NCBI GenBank assembly: GCA_977018835.1
Contig: OZ361260.1
Coordinates: 310,001-374,000, forward strand
From: Minutocellus sp. GHC0000111
Lineage: Eukaryota
Direction: 5' to 3'
DNA length: 64,000 nt
Shown: positions 22,987-35,220 of the stretch, piece by piece
Position numbering within the stretch: position 1 is the first letter of the stretch
Layout of the letters: each line of letters opens with the position of its first letter
Made by a program: the position numbers and the translations under genes
The notes under the pieces: model-generated
The model's database searches: none
What the model was told of the DNA's origin: nothing
What the model saw: the letters and a program-made list of their open reading frames with translations, nothing else

Positions 22987-23871
22987 TCATTCTTTTGTAA
23001 ATGTATGCAGCGTACCAAGGACCTTCTCTCCTGCCTCCATGCGTGGAGTAAATGGAATTTGGCTCACCACGGACAATCCAGCGCCCTCCGCCATTCGTCG
23101 AACATAGTTGGGGCAATGTGCATAGCGTTCCGATTCGAGCATGACCCAATCATATTTCCCAGCCTTCATCGTTTCGGTTGAAAAGATCAAATCACCTCCA
23201 ACTTTAATGCGATCGGCAAAGACTTGCAGCACTTTACTCATGTCGCCAAAATAGCACAATACGTCTGCCGAAACAATCAAATCGAATGGCTCTTTGTCGG
23301 ACGACGGGAATGAGGAAAAGTCAAACCCGAAGCCTTCCATGATTTGTGCACTCTGCAAGTCCAACAAATCTCCAGTGAATATACCACCGCTGTACAGTCG
23401 ATCTAATCCACCAAGGCCTTGTCTGGCTGTTTCGGTGCATCGCCTCATTCCACTGGGTGTAGTAGTAGTTCCATCGTCGACTACAAGCTCGGCTGCCATT
23501 TCCGCCATCTTGGGTGACAGATCGACCCCAACGAGCGCGCCATCGACAAGAGGGCGAAGGTATGGACCCGAGAGGCCGGTGCCGCATCCTGCATCCAAAC
23601 ACGAAGAGTATTGCCTGCCCCGACGATCCGTCTCGATCCGCTTCGATGCTGTCTTGGCACATTCCTTCGGAGCCGAATACTTGAGTGTATCGACCAACTT
23701 GGATTCGAAGGATGGTGCAAAGTTATCAAAGATTTGCTTTACTTCGGCCGGTGATGTTCTGTCAACTGAATCTGTGGCCGATGTCGAGAATGAAAAGACC
23801 AGCAAAGTCTTGGCCTGATATGCAACAAGCGTGGCGATCTGAAGAAGGAGAGACAGGTGGTGGCCTTTCAT
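22987..23871 (-). CDS. Class I SAM-dependent methyltransferase (COG4976-like) with signal peptide
   Basis: VKQIFDNFAPSFESKLV..LKYSAP; LDAGCGTG; GVDLSPKM; FDLIVSADVLCYFGD; FSTE; RYAH. ATG at 23871. Confidence 0.85.
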   Translation of the reverse strand: MKGHHLSLLLQIATLVAYQAKTLLVFSFSTSATDSVDRTSPAEVKQIFDNFAPSFESKLVDTLKYSAPKECAKTASKRIETDRRGRQYSSCLDAGCGTGLSGPYLRPLVDGALVGVDLSPKMAEMAAELVVDDGTTTTPSGMRRCTETARQGLGGLDRLYSGGIFTGDLLDLQSAQIMEGFGFDFSSFPSSDKEPFDLIVSADVLCYFGDMSKVLQVFADRIKVGGDLIFSTETMKAGKYDWVMLESERYAHCPNYVRRMAEGAGLSVVSQIPFTPRMEAGEKVLGTLHTFTKE

Positions 23872-24237
23872 GGTGGAAAGAATAGAAATGAGGCGCCAGC
23901 AGCAATCCGATCCGGTCCTGTAGTCCTGTCCGTCGCCCGTCGAAGATTTTGTCGCGACCAGGTTCTGCTTGCAGACCAGCGTTCGCAGTTCGCAAGCAAG
24001 GTGCTCATCAAGCGCTGGCAGCAAGAAGACTTCAAGCGCACTTTCATCGAAACTCCAACCAGTCACCCACATTCCAAGAAGTGCCACCACACGCCAGCAG
24101 TTGGCAGCCCTACAAGTCAAAGAGACCAAACATCGCGCTGGATCAACAGTACCATCCTCTTCTTCGATTTGTGCCAGAGCCTTTTGTTTGAAGTGAACCC
24201 TCCGTAAACCCGCGATAAGATCTTTTCATATCTTGAC

Positions 24238-26152
24238 ATGTTGTCCCAACGCCTGGTGCCAAGTGCCGTCAGAGGGGCCGCACGATCGGCGGTGATGCAA
24301 TCCACCAAATCCACAATCATCCCAGCCCTCACATCGCGCTACTTGACCACCCTGTCGACGCATCACAACATTCCCACGTGGGCCACTCTCGATCCCAACG
24401 AGCTCGGGACCGTATCCACCCACAATGTCCTCAACGCTGTCGGCGGTCAGTGGCAAAAGGATGGAGATATTGCCAACAAGCTCATCATTCCGAACCCAAT
24501 GAACAAGGATGGACTGCCCATCTGCACTGTTCCCGATGCTAGCGCCGACGAGCTCGGGCCCTTCATCCAGAGTATGGAGGCCGTGAGCAAGAGTGGTGTT
24601 CACAATCCTCTGAAATCTGTCGAACGGTACCTCATGTACGGAGAGATATCTCGCAAGGTAAGATATTTACGAGGTAATGGTCTACGCAATAGGAGGGTAT
24701 CGCATGAGAGTGTCTAATGTTAGCTGATCTTGGTGATCCAGATATCGGCGATGCACATTGATTTTGATTTGGTATCGGCTCTTAAATCATTGCCTTGTCC
24801 AACACATTCCATTTCAACCTGCCCTTACCTTGTATTCGCTTCACTCTGCTTCTAGGCCGGACACGCCTTATCTCAGCCTGATATCGCCGAATTCTTTGCT
24901 CGTAGCATTATGGCGTGCGTCCCCAAATCCCACGCCCAGGCACTCGGAGAAGTGAAGGTGACTGCTGATTTCCTCAATAACTTTTCGGGTGACAATGTTC
25001 GCTTCTTGGCTCGGTCCTTTGGAGTACCGGGAGATCATTACGGACAGCAGTCCAATGGATATCGCTGGCCGTATGGTCCAGTCGCCATCGTTGCCCCCTT
25101 CAACTTCCCTTTGGAAATTCCAGTCCTTCAGTTGATGGGGGCCCTTTACATGGGAAACAAGCCGGTAATGAAGCCGGCAGAAAAGGTAGCCCTGGTGATG
25201 GAGCAATTCCTTCATCTCCTCCATCATTGTGGTATGCCCAAGGAGGATGTAGACTTGCTCAATTGTCGGGGACCGGTGGCAGAAAAACTAATCACGACGG
25301 CACCCATTCGTCTGACGCAGTTCACTGGATCGTCCAAGGTTAGCGAGCACATTCTGGAGGTCACTCGGGGAAAGGTCAAGGTGGAGGATGCCGGGTTTGA
25401 TTGGAAGATCCTCGGGCCGGATGTTCAAGATATCGATTACATTGCATGGCAATGTGACCAAGACGCCTATGCGACGTCTGGACAGAAGTGATCAGCAGAG
25501 TCCATCCTCTTCTGTCATGAAAATTGGGAAAAGGCTGGACTGCTTGATAAGATCAAGGCAAATGCAGAGAAACGATCTCTGGATGATCTTACTATCGGAC
25601 CTGTCCTCACGCACACCACCGAGGGATTTCTAGCACACACCAATAAATTGTTGCAGATTCCTGGTGCCAAGCTTCTCTTCGGTGGTAAGGAGCTTGCCAA
25701 TCACAACATCCCGGACTGCTATGGTGCTATTGAACCCACCCACATCTGTTTACGTCCCAATCGACGAGATGCTCAAGGAAGAGAACTTTGAGGACTGTGC
25801 AAAGGAGCTGTTTGCGCCTTTTCAGGTGGTCACAACGTACAAGGACAGTGAGCTCGACAAGGTCCTCGAAGCGTGCGAGCGCATGTCCCATCATCTCACA
25901 GCCGCAGTGGTCTCAAACGATATGAAATTCAAGACCAAGGTCCTTGCCAATACAGTGAATGGAACGACCTACGCTGGAATTCGAGCCCGCACCACGGGAG
26001 CCCCTCAGAACCACTGGTTTGGGCCAGCCGGTGATCCCCGTGGCGCTGGTATCGGTACCCCGGAGGCAATCAAGCTCGTCTGGAGCTGTCACAGAGAGAT
26101 AATCTCGGACTGTATTGTCCCAGATGATTGGGTCCAGCCTAAGGTTACATAA
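24238..26152 (+). pseudogene. ALDH12: Mitochondrial delta-1-pyrroline-5-carboxylate dehydrogenase (ALDH12 family); TGA at catalytic Cys plus 4-bp duplication frameshift
   Basis: Mitochondrial-type presequence; intron 24658-24855; RWPYGPVAIVAPFNFPLEIP, FTGSS, EDAGFDWKILGPD, DAYATSGQK-TGA-SAES (25489-25491), CCCA duplicated at ~25735-25742, TTGAPQNHWFGPAGDPRGAGIG. Confidence 0.9.
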
Positions 26153-26406
26153 TTGCTGAATGTGAAGTTGAAAACGATTTTCTTGACACCAGCCGGAAGA
26201 AACTTGATAGAGCTACTTCGTAAGATACGTAGCATGGCAGATGCCGACGCGACCGATACAAATAAATACAAGTGGAACAAATAACATAAAGCTACATTAA
26301 GGTTACAAAATGTCCGTTGTGTTGTTTGAAGCGAATCAACTTCATCGAAAATCTTCAAAGTCAACCGAGGATCCCTCCGATTCATCGCTAACTGCGTCCA
26401 TAATAA

Positions 26407-29400
26407 TCATATGATTGAACGAGCTCTCTTCCTCGTGGTCGCCGACAGAGGTTTCTTCTTCAGCAAAGCCCTCTGATCGGCCTCAGTAGTGAAGTCGTGA
26501 GCTTGCTCTTTGTCCACCCTTAATCCATCCTCTAAGCCCATTCTAGCCTTGCCCCCCTCCTCTCCCAAAGCTCCGGAAGAATATCCAAGAAGGTGGATTG
26601 CAACATCTTCATCCTCTTCGTCTTCTGATCTGGCACAAGCCCCGAGCAAATGAAAACCGGCATCTCCATTGCCATCGTCATCTCCAAAGTCGCTGTGCTG
26701 GGGGGTACTTGGTTCTGATGTAAGATGGGAGTTGTCGTCGATTTCATCATCCTCGGATGATCCAGTTCGATTGGTGTAGATGAAAGTGCTAACCGGTGCA
26801 TCTGTGTTGATAGTCACTTGCTTGGCCTTTTTCACAAAGGTTGCTGGTACCACAATAGATTCCTTGTCGCTGGTTTTCAGACCTTTCTTCTCTGTTGAAG
26901 TAAGAATTCTGAGGCGAATACAATTGTTCCTGTTCTTCCCTGTCCTCTTGGTTGTTAGTACACGCGTTACTTCGCCAGTGGACATATTATCGGTAATGAT
27001 GTCATCAATCTGCAGAATTCTATCTCCTGGCTCGACCATCCCAAAGAGGGGCGAGTAATCCTTGACGGTGTGGACAACCGTCTTATGAATGATGATACCA
27101 AGCTTGCCGTTACTGGGAGCTTCAAACACATACTCAAAGCCATCGGCAACGGCATTCCTTGATCTACGAAGATTGCTTCCAGTAATAGCCGGCGGGGGTG
27201 CTTTTGGTGAGAGCGACGAAGATGTCTTCATATCTGTCTTTTGACGGACTGGTGAGTGCGGAGCCAACTGAGGAATAGCGAGTACATTTTCTGAGTCACG
27301 TGACGAATCTGAATTTTGCCTTCCCATGGCTTGCTGGACAATGGCATTACGCTCATCATGATCGATGCTAGTACCGGCGCCGGTGTTGATCTTCCAAGCA
27401 TCGTCCCTCTTCGACTGGTACTTCTGACCGATTTTGTTCATTTTACGCTCAAATCGGGCCATCGACATGCTGAAGAGTCCTGGCCTTGCATCATAATCGA
27501 ATGTATCTCTAGCCTCTGAACCATAGTCGCTGCTCGCAATGGATGCGGCTTGCTCGGTATACACACGAGGAGCTTCTTCAACAGCATCGAGATCTCGCTT
27601 CCTGGGAGAAAGTTTACCAGGAGACGAAGATCCAGATAGTCTACTAGAATCTCTACTGTGATTGCTGAAGTGAGTCAGTGAAGATACAAAACGTTTCAGT
27701 TTGCTGTTCTTGCGAACATGACGAGTTGGCTGCTCAGCAGGAACACTCTCGATGTCTGAATCCGATGCAAACAAATTTTGATGATACGTAGGCCCTACTG
27801 ACGTATCCGACACGGTATCTTGGTCTCCTGTCTTTTGTTGACTTGTCGGAGACAGGCCTAAATTGGCCCACTCCTTCTGGATGAAGGCATTCAATGTCTT
27901 TGAGGGTTCTACGTCCCTCACTTCATCGGTGCTGTGGGATTTCTTCAGCCTCGTTTGGTCGAGATTGATGTTGACCGCGGCGACATCTGGCATAGATGAT
28001 ACAGAATCTCCGTCATTCCACAATCGCTCGAAAGTCGGAGAGAGACATTGGTGAGACGATGACGCTGGGCTTCGGACATCACCTTCGTCCTCATCCTCAA
28101 TGGACTTGACGCTTTGAATCATTTCCATCAATGTTGGTTCCTTGGAGCTACCGGCGACCTCAGAATCCCCTCCATTCCCATTATTAGACAGTGCCTTGGC
28201 AATGGCAGAAGATGCCTCAATCCTGCGAATCGGCATACCATTCTTGTCAGCCTTTGGTAAGTTGCTCTTTCTCTTTGGACTCTGCGACTTCGATGCATTC
28301 ATCGTCGGTTGCGGCGGGACGCCGTTTTCGTTGTCCTCATTGTCGGTAACGTTCTCCGCTTGGTCAATGTTGTCGATTACAATCATCGGTGGGATTCCCG
28401 CCATCAAATTTTCAGGAGAACTAGGAGGACTGACAATGATTGCCTGGTCATCAGCCATCTTCTTTGGCAAACTTGGATTGCTCCCGCTGTTAGATTCACT
28501 ACCGCTTGCCGTACTCTGACTTCTGCTGCCGAGAAGACCGGGAGCCTTCATGGTAGGGTCGTTTTCAGGGAGGCGATGGACTGGGCTTTCCTCAAAAGAA
28601 AAAATGGATCCAGAACCTTTGAGATCTGTAAGATTTGGTTGAAATCCGCCCTCTTCGTCTGGGATGTATCCTTCCTTGGGAGAGAAGGTGAAGAAGGCAT
28701 GGATATTGTTCTTTTGCGCCTTGCGATCATCGTAGTGACGACGGAACAAAAAATGGCCAGTCAAGAAACCACCAACTGCAATGATGCCAATCGAAGAAAC
28801 AACAATGGCAGCCGTTGGAGGTTTGTTCTCCTCTGGCTTTGCTGCTGCTCCTTCCGCCCTATTCAACTCTTCAATCATATCATTTGACATCATGACGCCA
28901 GCAAAGTAGTCATCCGCTTCGAGAAGGACAGAGGATAGGGTCTCCACATCGTTGATGGCACCCTGCAGCAGAGCCTTGAACATGGCGCTATCTAGATGGC
29001 GCGTAGTCGCTTCAGCGATGATTTTTACCTTGAGATTGAGTTTCTCATCCTTCATACGCCGTCTCTTTCTCATCATTCTATTTGATCGCTCCTTAGCCAC
29101 AATCACCGGAGCCTCGTTCGTGCCACCGATGGCGCCCTGATCGGCAATGGTCACCGATGTCATATTGCTGGATCCTGTAGCATCGGATGCATCCAGCTTT
29201 GCCTCAAAGTAACGCTGCAACGCCTCCTCCAGGTTCCGTCGCGCATCGATGGGCATGGGCCCAGACGCACCGTACATGTACAATTCCAAGAAGGCGACAA
29301 CATTTTTGAGAGAATGGGTGGGTGATGCCGTCGGTGCCGCCGTCGGTGCTGCTGTTGGCGGCATCGTGTATTTTCTGGAATAGGCGACAAAGGACGAGAG

Positions 29401-30527
29401 AAGTAAGTTGGATTAGATATGAGTCCATTAGATGTACGCACAAAACAATATAAGAGGCAATGAATTGAAAAAGTCAAGACGATTGTATGATCGTAGCAAA
29501 TTCTCACTCACTCGCAATCTGTTCCGCATGCAACTGGACACTCGTTGTGCAGCTCGACTACCTGCTCCTTGGTCAGTCCGATGTGGCGCCATCGCTCGCA
29601 ATCGCTCCCAACATGCTGCTCGCAGCCCAGTCCATTGATGGGACTTCGATACGTTCGTTTGTCATGACAGGCGGGAGTGGGAGAGAACGTCGGTGATGCC
29701 GTCGTTGGGCTGGATGATGGATTGGGGGTTAGCGATGAAGTGGGCGTATTCGTTGGGCTCGCCGTAGTCGGTTCATCGGTCAGCGTGGAGCAATTATTTG
29801 TCGCAATGACCGACGAGTTTGCTGGTTCTGCCACCCTTGGTAAGAGGACTGTTGCATTGTTGCTGCTGTCAGTTCCCGCAACTGTTGGGCTCATCGTGGG
29901 AGCTATCAAAGAAGGCAGGGCCGTCGGTGCGTTGCTGCTTTCGTCATACCCTGCTCCATCCACTTCTTCATATCGGAATGCGGTCAGCTCATTTGTCGGT
30001 TCATCCGTACTAGTAGGAACAAGTGTTGGCGTAGAAGTGGTCGTAGACGTTGGCACAGATGTTGGCTCTTCTGTCGGTTCCGGCGTTGGATCATCTGTGG
30101 GCACGGGCGTTGGAGCATCAGTGTAAACTGGAGAGGTAGGAGAAGGCGTGGGTTCGTCTGTCTCCGGAATTCCAGTTGGGAAGTCCGAGGGCTCTCGTGT
30201 ATCATCTCCTGCATCCCTCTGCTGAGCATTTCTTTGCAATAGATCTACAATTTCATCAAGCACCTTCTCGGTATCATCGGCATTGTCAACATTTGTGTTT
30301 ACATCCTCATCGTCGTCGCCATCCTCCTCTTCCTCATCCAAGAACCCATCGAGGGAGAATGTATCGATCTCCGTACGGCGACGATCAGCATCGAATGACG
30401 ACGATGCTCTCCCAGCCCCAGAATGCAATTGATTTGGAAGAGCGTGGGTATCAAATGCGACGCAGCTGCAGCATTGCAGCAGAAGCAAGACGGCGACGAC
30501 GAATGAGAAGAACTGAGGGGTCGTCAT
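26407..30527 (-). CDS. Type I membrane protein: signal peptide, Pro/Thr stalk, ShKT-like Cys domain, SEA-like domain, TM, long cytosolic tail with PDZ; exons 30527-29512, 29374-26407
   Basis: Phase-2 intron GTGAGT..TTCCAG gives DCE/KYTMPPT. CHDKRTY..C..C..ECPVACGTDC; TM AIVVSSIGIIAVGGFLTGHFLF; PDZ APSNGKLGIII..GDRILQID. Confidence 0.8.
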
Positions 30528-30915
30528 TGTTGTTTGGTTGTCGGTGGCAAGCTTATGATCTTTTGGAACGAATGAATGCTCCGGTGTACAACAAACTGAA
30601 AGCTTCTCTATTGACTGCTTCTCCAGTTACGTACGATCCCTCGCGGTGCGCCAGTGAATGAGTGTCGCCCGAGCAGTTGAGGCAGTCTTTGACGTCGAGT
30701 TGGCTTCTTGTTGATACGACCAACAACTTTGGCGATGAGTTTTGAGTTGCAACGATCCACATACAAGATACACTCGACTCAGATTTGGAACCACAAGTAA
30801 AATAAATCTCGCAAAATCCCAAATCCGAACGATTGGAGGTGCAGGTATGGATTGGTGTTCGGATTGTTGCGTTGTATTTGTTGCCATATCATTTCCAACC
30901 TTATTATTTCCAACC

Positions 30916-32419
30916 ATGAGATTCCCACACCTTCTTCTAGCGACGATCGCCATGTATCCTCATCTTACAGAGGCGTACATGCAGGAGCGCCTCGTCAAGT
31001 CTGCTCCCGGCCCATCTGATTCATGCTCCTCGGCCACAAGTGATGTCTCAACCTCAACGACCGCAACGACCACAACGAAGAATGCGACCAATGCCAATGA
31101 TCAGAGCGAATTTAATGTCAACGCTGACGACTCTCAACGTTGCAGAGGCACTGATATTTCTTCCATGAGGTGAGCGAGGAAATCAACGCTTGATAAAGTA
31201 GAAAGTAGTGCGCATTTCTTTCCACTCCAGCTGAGGCCGAGTCGAACCCAAAAGTTGCACCCTACATTGTATCGATGCCATCATCATTGTCTAACGTGTT
31301 TTGTATCTTCCTCTTTGCATCTCTTCACTGTTCTTTCCCAATACACAAATACGCAGTGACACCGACTTCGGCGTTGCTCAAACCATTGAAGGTGACCATT
31401 CGTCGAAAATCATTGAAGTTATCGAGCAATCCAAGATGTACATGTCCACCGTGGTCAATGTTGACCCAGCCTACGACACTGTACGCGATGAATGTCGAAA
31501 TCATGAGCCATTGTGTTCGTTTTGGTCTACCCTGGATGAATGCAGCAAGAATCCAGCGTATATGAAGTTGCATTGTGCTCCAGCATGCCAAAGCTGTGAA
31601 CAGCTGGACATTAATGTTCGCTGCCCAATGGATCCAAATGCCAAGGATGCCCTCGGTCCTGGTGATCTCAATCAGCTCTTCGAGCGCATTGTCAGCGACC
31701 ATTACTATCAACAATACCAACCCAAAATAGTTTCGAGGCCAAGTCATCCTGCACATGCCACCGAGGCCGAGCGTCAAGCAGCAAACTACACCATTGGTCC
31801 ATGGGTCCTCATATTTGATTCCTTCCTATCGGACAAGGAAGCCGATAACTTTATTCGTCTAGCTTCCATTGAGGGCTACGTTCGATCCACGGATGTCGGA
31901 GGCAAAAAATTTGATGGAACCTATGGTGATGTACGTTCTAGCAAACGCACTTCCGAGAATTCCTGGTGTCAGCACGAATGCTTTGAAGACACCACAACGA
32001 AGCAAGTGCTCTCAAGGATCGCCAACCTCACCGGCATTGATGATACAAACAGCGAATACCTCCAGTTGCTGAAATACGAAGAACGACAATTCTACGGCGT
32101 CCACAATGATTTCATCCCCCATCAAGTTACACGTCCTGTGGGCCCTCGCATACTGACATTTTACATGTATCTCAACGACGTAGAGGATGGCGGCGGGACC
32201 CGCTTCCCTGCCGTAGGTGCCCAGCCGGACGGTACAACAGTAATCCCCAAGCGCGGTAGAGCAGTTTTGTGGCCTTCAGTCCTTGACTCGGATCCCAAGA
32301 CACAGGATTCACGCACCAATCATGAAGCCATGCCAGTGATTAAAGGGGTGAAATACGGAGCCAATGCATGGATTCATAATCGAAATTACAAGGGACCGAA
32401 CGTGGTTGGATGTACCTAA
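30916..32419 (+). CDS. Secretory prolyl 4-hydroxylase alpha subunit with ShKT domain; exons 30916-31169, 31357-32419
   Basis: Signal peptide; ShKT CRN..CSFW..EC..NPAYM..CAPACQSC; RTSENSW, LQLLKY..HND, RILTFYMYLNDVEDGGGT, HEAMPVIKGVKYGANAWIH. Confidence 0.92.
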
Positions 32420-32583
32420 AGAGCCCTTTCTTGATGTTGGTTTGTACGCGATCGATGATTAGGGACCCTATATTTGTTTGTGTTTTCGTACGAAAAATAT
32501 TTAGTAAAAATTTATCACCTTTGAAAGGACGGATGCACACATACCACATAACAAAAATTCTAGATTCAAACGAATCCGTTCTA

Positions 32584-34530
32584 CTACGCATCCAAACTCT
32601 TCTTGGCCTCAATCTCCAGTAGATTATCCCGGACGGTTTCCAACGCCTCTCTCAAGTCATCATCATCCTTGAAGAAGGCAATTTTGGCGTCAAGCTGCTG
32701 AATGAGAACATCGGCCTCATCCAGATCGCCATTATCCGCAGCCTCCAGGATATCCATCGCATCTTGCGTCTGTTCTCTAAATTCCTTGTTGCTTTCCAGG
32801 GTACTACGGGTGGCCACCAATCCCAAAAGTCCGGCCGCGATGAGAGGAGCATTGCTGGCCGCATCACCTTCGGCAGCATTCTCCTTGAGGTATTCATCGA
32901 TGCTCTTCTTGAACCAAGGTTCCTTGGTCAGTGCGGGCGGGGCAGGGCGAATCTCCCGCACGGGAGCCGGAGAAGGGGAGGACGGTCCACCGATGGGCTC
33001 AAGGAGCTTCGAGGAGTAGGATTCCTTCCCAATCTTGCTTTCGTACACCGGCGGTTTTGCTGCGGGTGCCGGCGACGGAGTCTCAACAACGACGGGGGCA
33101 GGTGGTGGTGATACGGGCTCTGGAACAGGAATGGGCTCAGGTGTGGGTTCTGGTGCTGATTCCTCCGCAACCTTTACCTCCTTAACCTCTTCCACAATCG
33201 GTGCAGTGGCCGGAGCCACAGGCTCTGGAGTAGTAGCAGGTTTGGACTGACGAGCAGGCTTAGGCTTGGGAGTAGCAGTAGTACCACCGCCACCGCCGCC
33301 ACCCAATGCAGCGCCACCCACAAAGAGGGCAGCAACGCCGGCGCCAATCAACTTTTTCTGCTCCTCTTCATCCTTGGACTGGAAATCAGCAATCAACTTT
33401 GAGAAGGACGAGTTACCAATGGTTCTAGTACCCTTGGCACGCTGGAATGGCTTGACCGCCACGGCAGCCTTCTTCTTGACAGGCGCCGCCTTCTTTGCTC
33501 CGAACGAAGCAAAAGGCGACGTCCCGGACTTCTTTTTATTCTTGGCAGCTAGGATCTCTGATCGCTTATTGGCCAAAGGATTCACGACGGGGGTCTTCTT
33601 GGCCACCGGAGCAGGAGTGGGTGCTGGCTTAGCCCTGACTAGCTTCTTGGGCACTGCGGCAGCACTGGCCTTGGCTTTAGCGCCACCACCGACAGCAACG
33701 GTACCACCACCCGAGGCAAGACGCTTGCCAACGTCGGCCACCTCCTGCAAACTAACTCCCTTGGGCACCGAAAGGCCCGAGGCGAACGGTGTCGCAGACG
33801 TCTTCTTCGCCGCGGCGGCAGCAGCAGCTGCAGCCTCCTCCGCCCTCTTCTTCTTGGCCTCGGCACCACCTCTCGCGGCGGTATTGGCGGCAATGGCCAC
33901 CAGAATCAGGGCCGACCATCCCGTGGCGGTGATGGTGGCACTGTCCCCTCCAGTGAGCTTGGCCACGTATGCGGCCCACGAAGCGGACAGCTCGGACGCC
34001 ACGTAGTTCAGCAGGGCCTGGACCTGAGGCGATAGCTTGTCCAGGAGAGATTGGATCTGCGACTGAACCTCGGGAGGGATCGATAGGTCAATGTCGGGCA
34101 GATCCACGCTGGGCAGCTCAACCGAGGGCAGAGATACGTCGGGGACCGTGATGGCAACCTCGGGGATCTTCACATCAACCTCGGGGATCTTCACATCAGG
34201 AATGGCCACCTTGACATCGGGAGTCTTGATGTCGGGCAGATCGACCTTGGGCAGCGAAATCCCCTTGCCCTTGGCCGGTGCATCGAGCAGCTTCGACTCG
34301 AGGGACGACAGATCCATGGTCAGCTGAGATCGGGAGGCCGATGCGGCATATCTTGCGGTACCGTCGGCACCACCCATCACATTGTGACTTGTGCTGGGCT
34401 TGGATACGAGGCTCGCGCGTCCACCGGTCGGGGCGACGAAGGCGGATACTCCGACGCCACCATCGCCCAAAATGTGCGACGAGGCAACGGCAGCGGCAAT
34501 GGCCGCCGTGTTGCTGGTCCTGGTCTTCAT
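32584..34530 (-). CDS. Plastid-targeted Pro/Ala/Lys-rich membrane protein with 5-aa (P-D/E-V-x-I/L) repeats
   Basis: ATG 34530; presequence ..GVSA-FVAP; LPKVDLPDIKTPDVKVAIPDVKIPEVDVKIP; several hydrophobic helices. Confidence 0.75.
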   Translation of the reverse strand: MKTRTSNTAAIAAAVASSHILGDGGVGVSAFVAPTGGRASLVSKPSTSHNVMGGADGTARYAASASRSQLTMDLSSLESKLLDAPAKGKGISLPKVDLPDIKTPDVKVAIPDVKIPEVDVKIPEVAITVPDVSLPSVELPSVDLPDIDLSIPPEVQSQIQSLLDKLSPQVQALLNYVASELSASWAAYVAKLTGGDSATITATGWSALILVAIAANTAARGGAEAKKKRAEEAAAAAAAAAKKTSATPFASGLSVPKGVSLQEVADVGKRLASGGGTVAVGGGAKAKASAAAVPKKLVRAKPAPTPAPVAKKTPVVNPLANKRSEILAAKNKKKSGTSPFASFGAKKAAPVKKKAAVAVKPFQRAKGTRTIGNSSFSKLIADFQSKDEEEQKKLIGAGVAALFVGGAALGGGGGGGTTATPKPKPARQSKPATTPEPVAPATAPIVEEVKEVKVAEESAPEPTPEPIPVPEPVSPPPAPVVVETPSPAPAAKPPVYESKIGKESYSSKLLEPIGGPSSPSPAPVREIRPAPPALTKEPWFKKSIDEYLKENAAEGDAASNAPLIAAGLLGLVATRSTLESNKEFREQTQDAMDILEAADNGDLDEADVLIQQLDAKIAFFKDDDDLREALETVRDNLLEIEAKKSLDA

Positions 34531-34785
34531 GCCGATGGCAAACAAAAAAAATGGGCCGGAGAAGTCGAATGAAGAAGACGAAAGAAGAAAATCGTGGTCG
34601 CGCTTCGCGAGCGAGCGAGGTGGCCGAGCACCGAGCAAGCCTTGCCGAATGCCGACGACGTCATGACGACGCATATTCGAAATACCACATACATCTATCA
34701 GTTTTGCTTCGGCCTCTCGGCGCCATGTCGACGAGGAGCGAAGATTCGATTCAGGTGACTGCCAGCAGCAGCGAAGAAGCCGTTC

Positions 34786-35109
34786 ATGTGGCTCGAACCT
34801 GTCCGCTCAATATGGGTTCCCACGTCGAGTCTGATGCTGCTGGCCGCCTCAGTATCTCTCAGCTGTGCAGTCGTCGGAGTTACTGGGCTGCTAACCACCC
34901 TCATTCTTACGCAGCTGATTGGCCATGCAGTGGTATGGCTCGAGGGACGTACCGGTACCCAATTGGGCATCGACGAAGACGAAACACGGACCGATAGGAC
35001 GGCAATATGGGGCAGTCTGGGATTTCAGATCGTGTGGACAATCGGGATTGCAGTGTCCTACGGTGGCGGTTGGGCCGTGGCCGTGGCTGTCAAGGACGCT
35101 GAAGAATAG
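34786..35109 (+). CDS. Small hydrophobic ORF, possibly the 3' remnant of a longer membrane-protein gene
   Basis: 107 aa with 2-3 TM-like segments; the upstream frame is closed by a TGA; only ~250 bp from the divergent ATG at 34530. Confidence 0.4.
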   Translation: MWLEPVRSIWVPTSSLMLLAASVSLSCAVVGVTGLLTTLILTQLIGHAVVWLEGRTGTQLGIDEDETRTDRTAIWGSLGFQIVWTIGIAVSYGGGWAVAVAVKDAEE

Positions 35110-35220
35110 ATCTAGCTAGATAAACAGGAAGTAAGTTGGACCGATACATAAATATGTATTGCATTCTTCCTCGCATAAAACTACCTATTTGAATTAACCC
35201 TTGATATATATCGAAACCAG

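Noticed and set aside
23872..24129. N-terminal extension of the methyltransferase ORF (likewise 53175-53498 and 34531-34674)
   Set aside because: Downstream ATGs give clean signal peptides; the extensions look like open UTR or promoter sequence.
26153..26400. SECIS element for ALDH12
   Set aside because: Small hairpins exist (gctac..gtagc; tgtgaag..cttgaca) but none gives an AUGA/GA quartet with a proper helix II and AA loop by eye. A computational scan is still needed.
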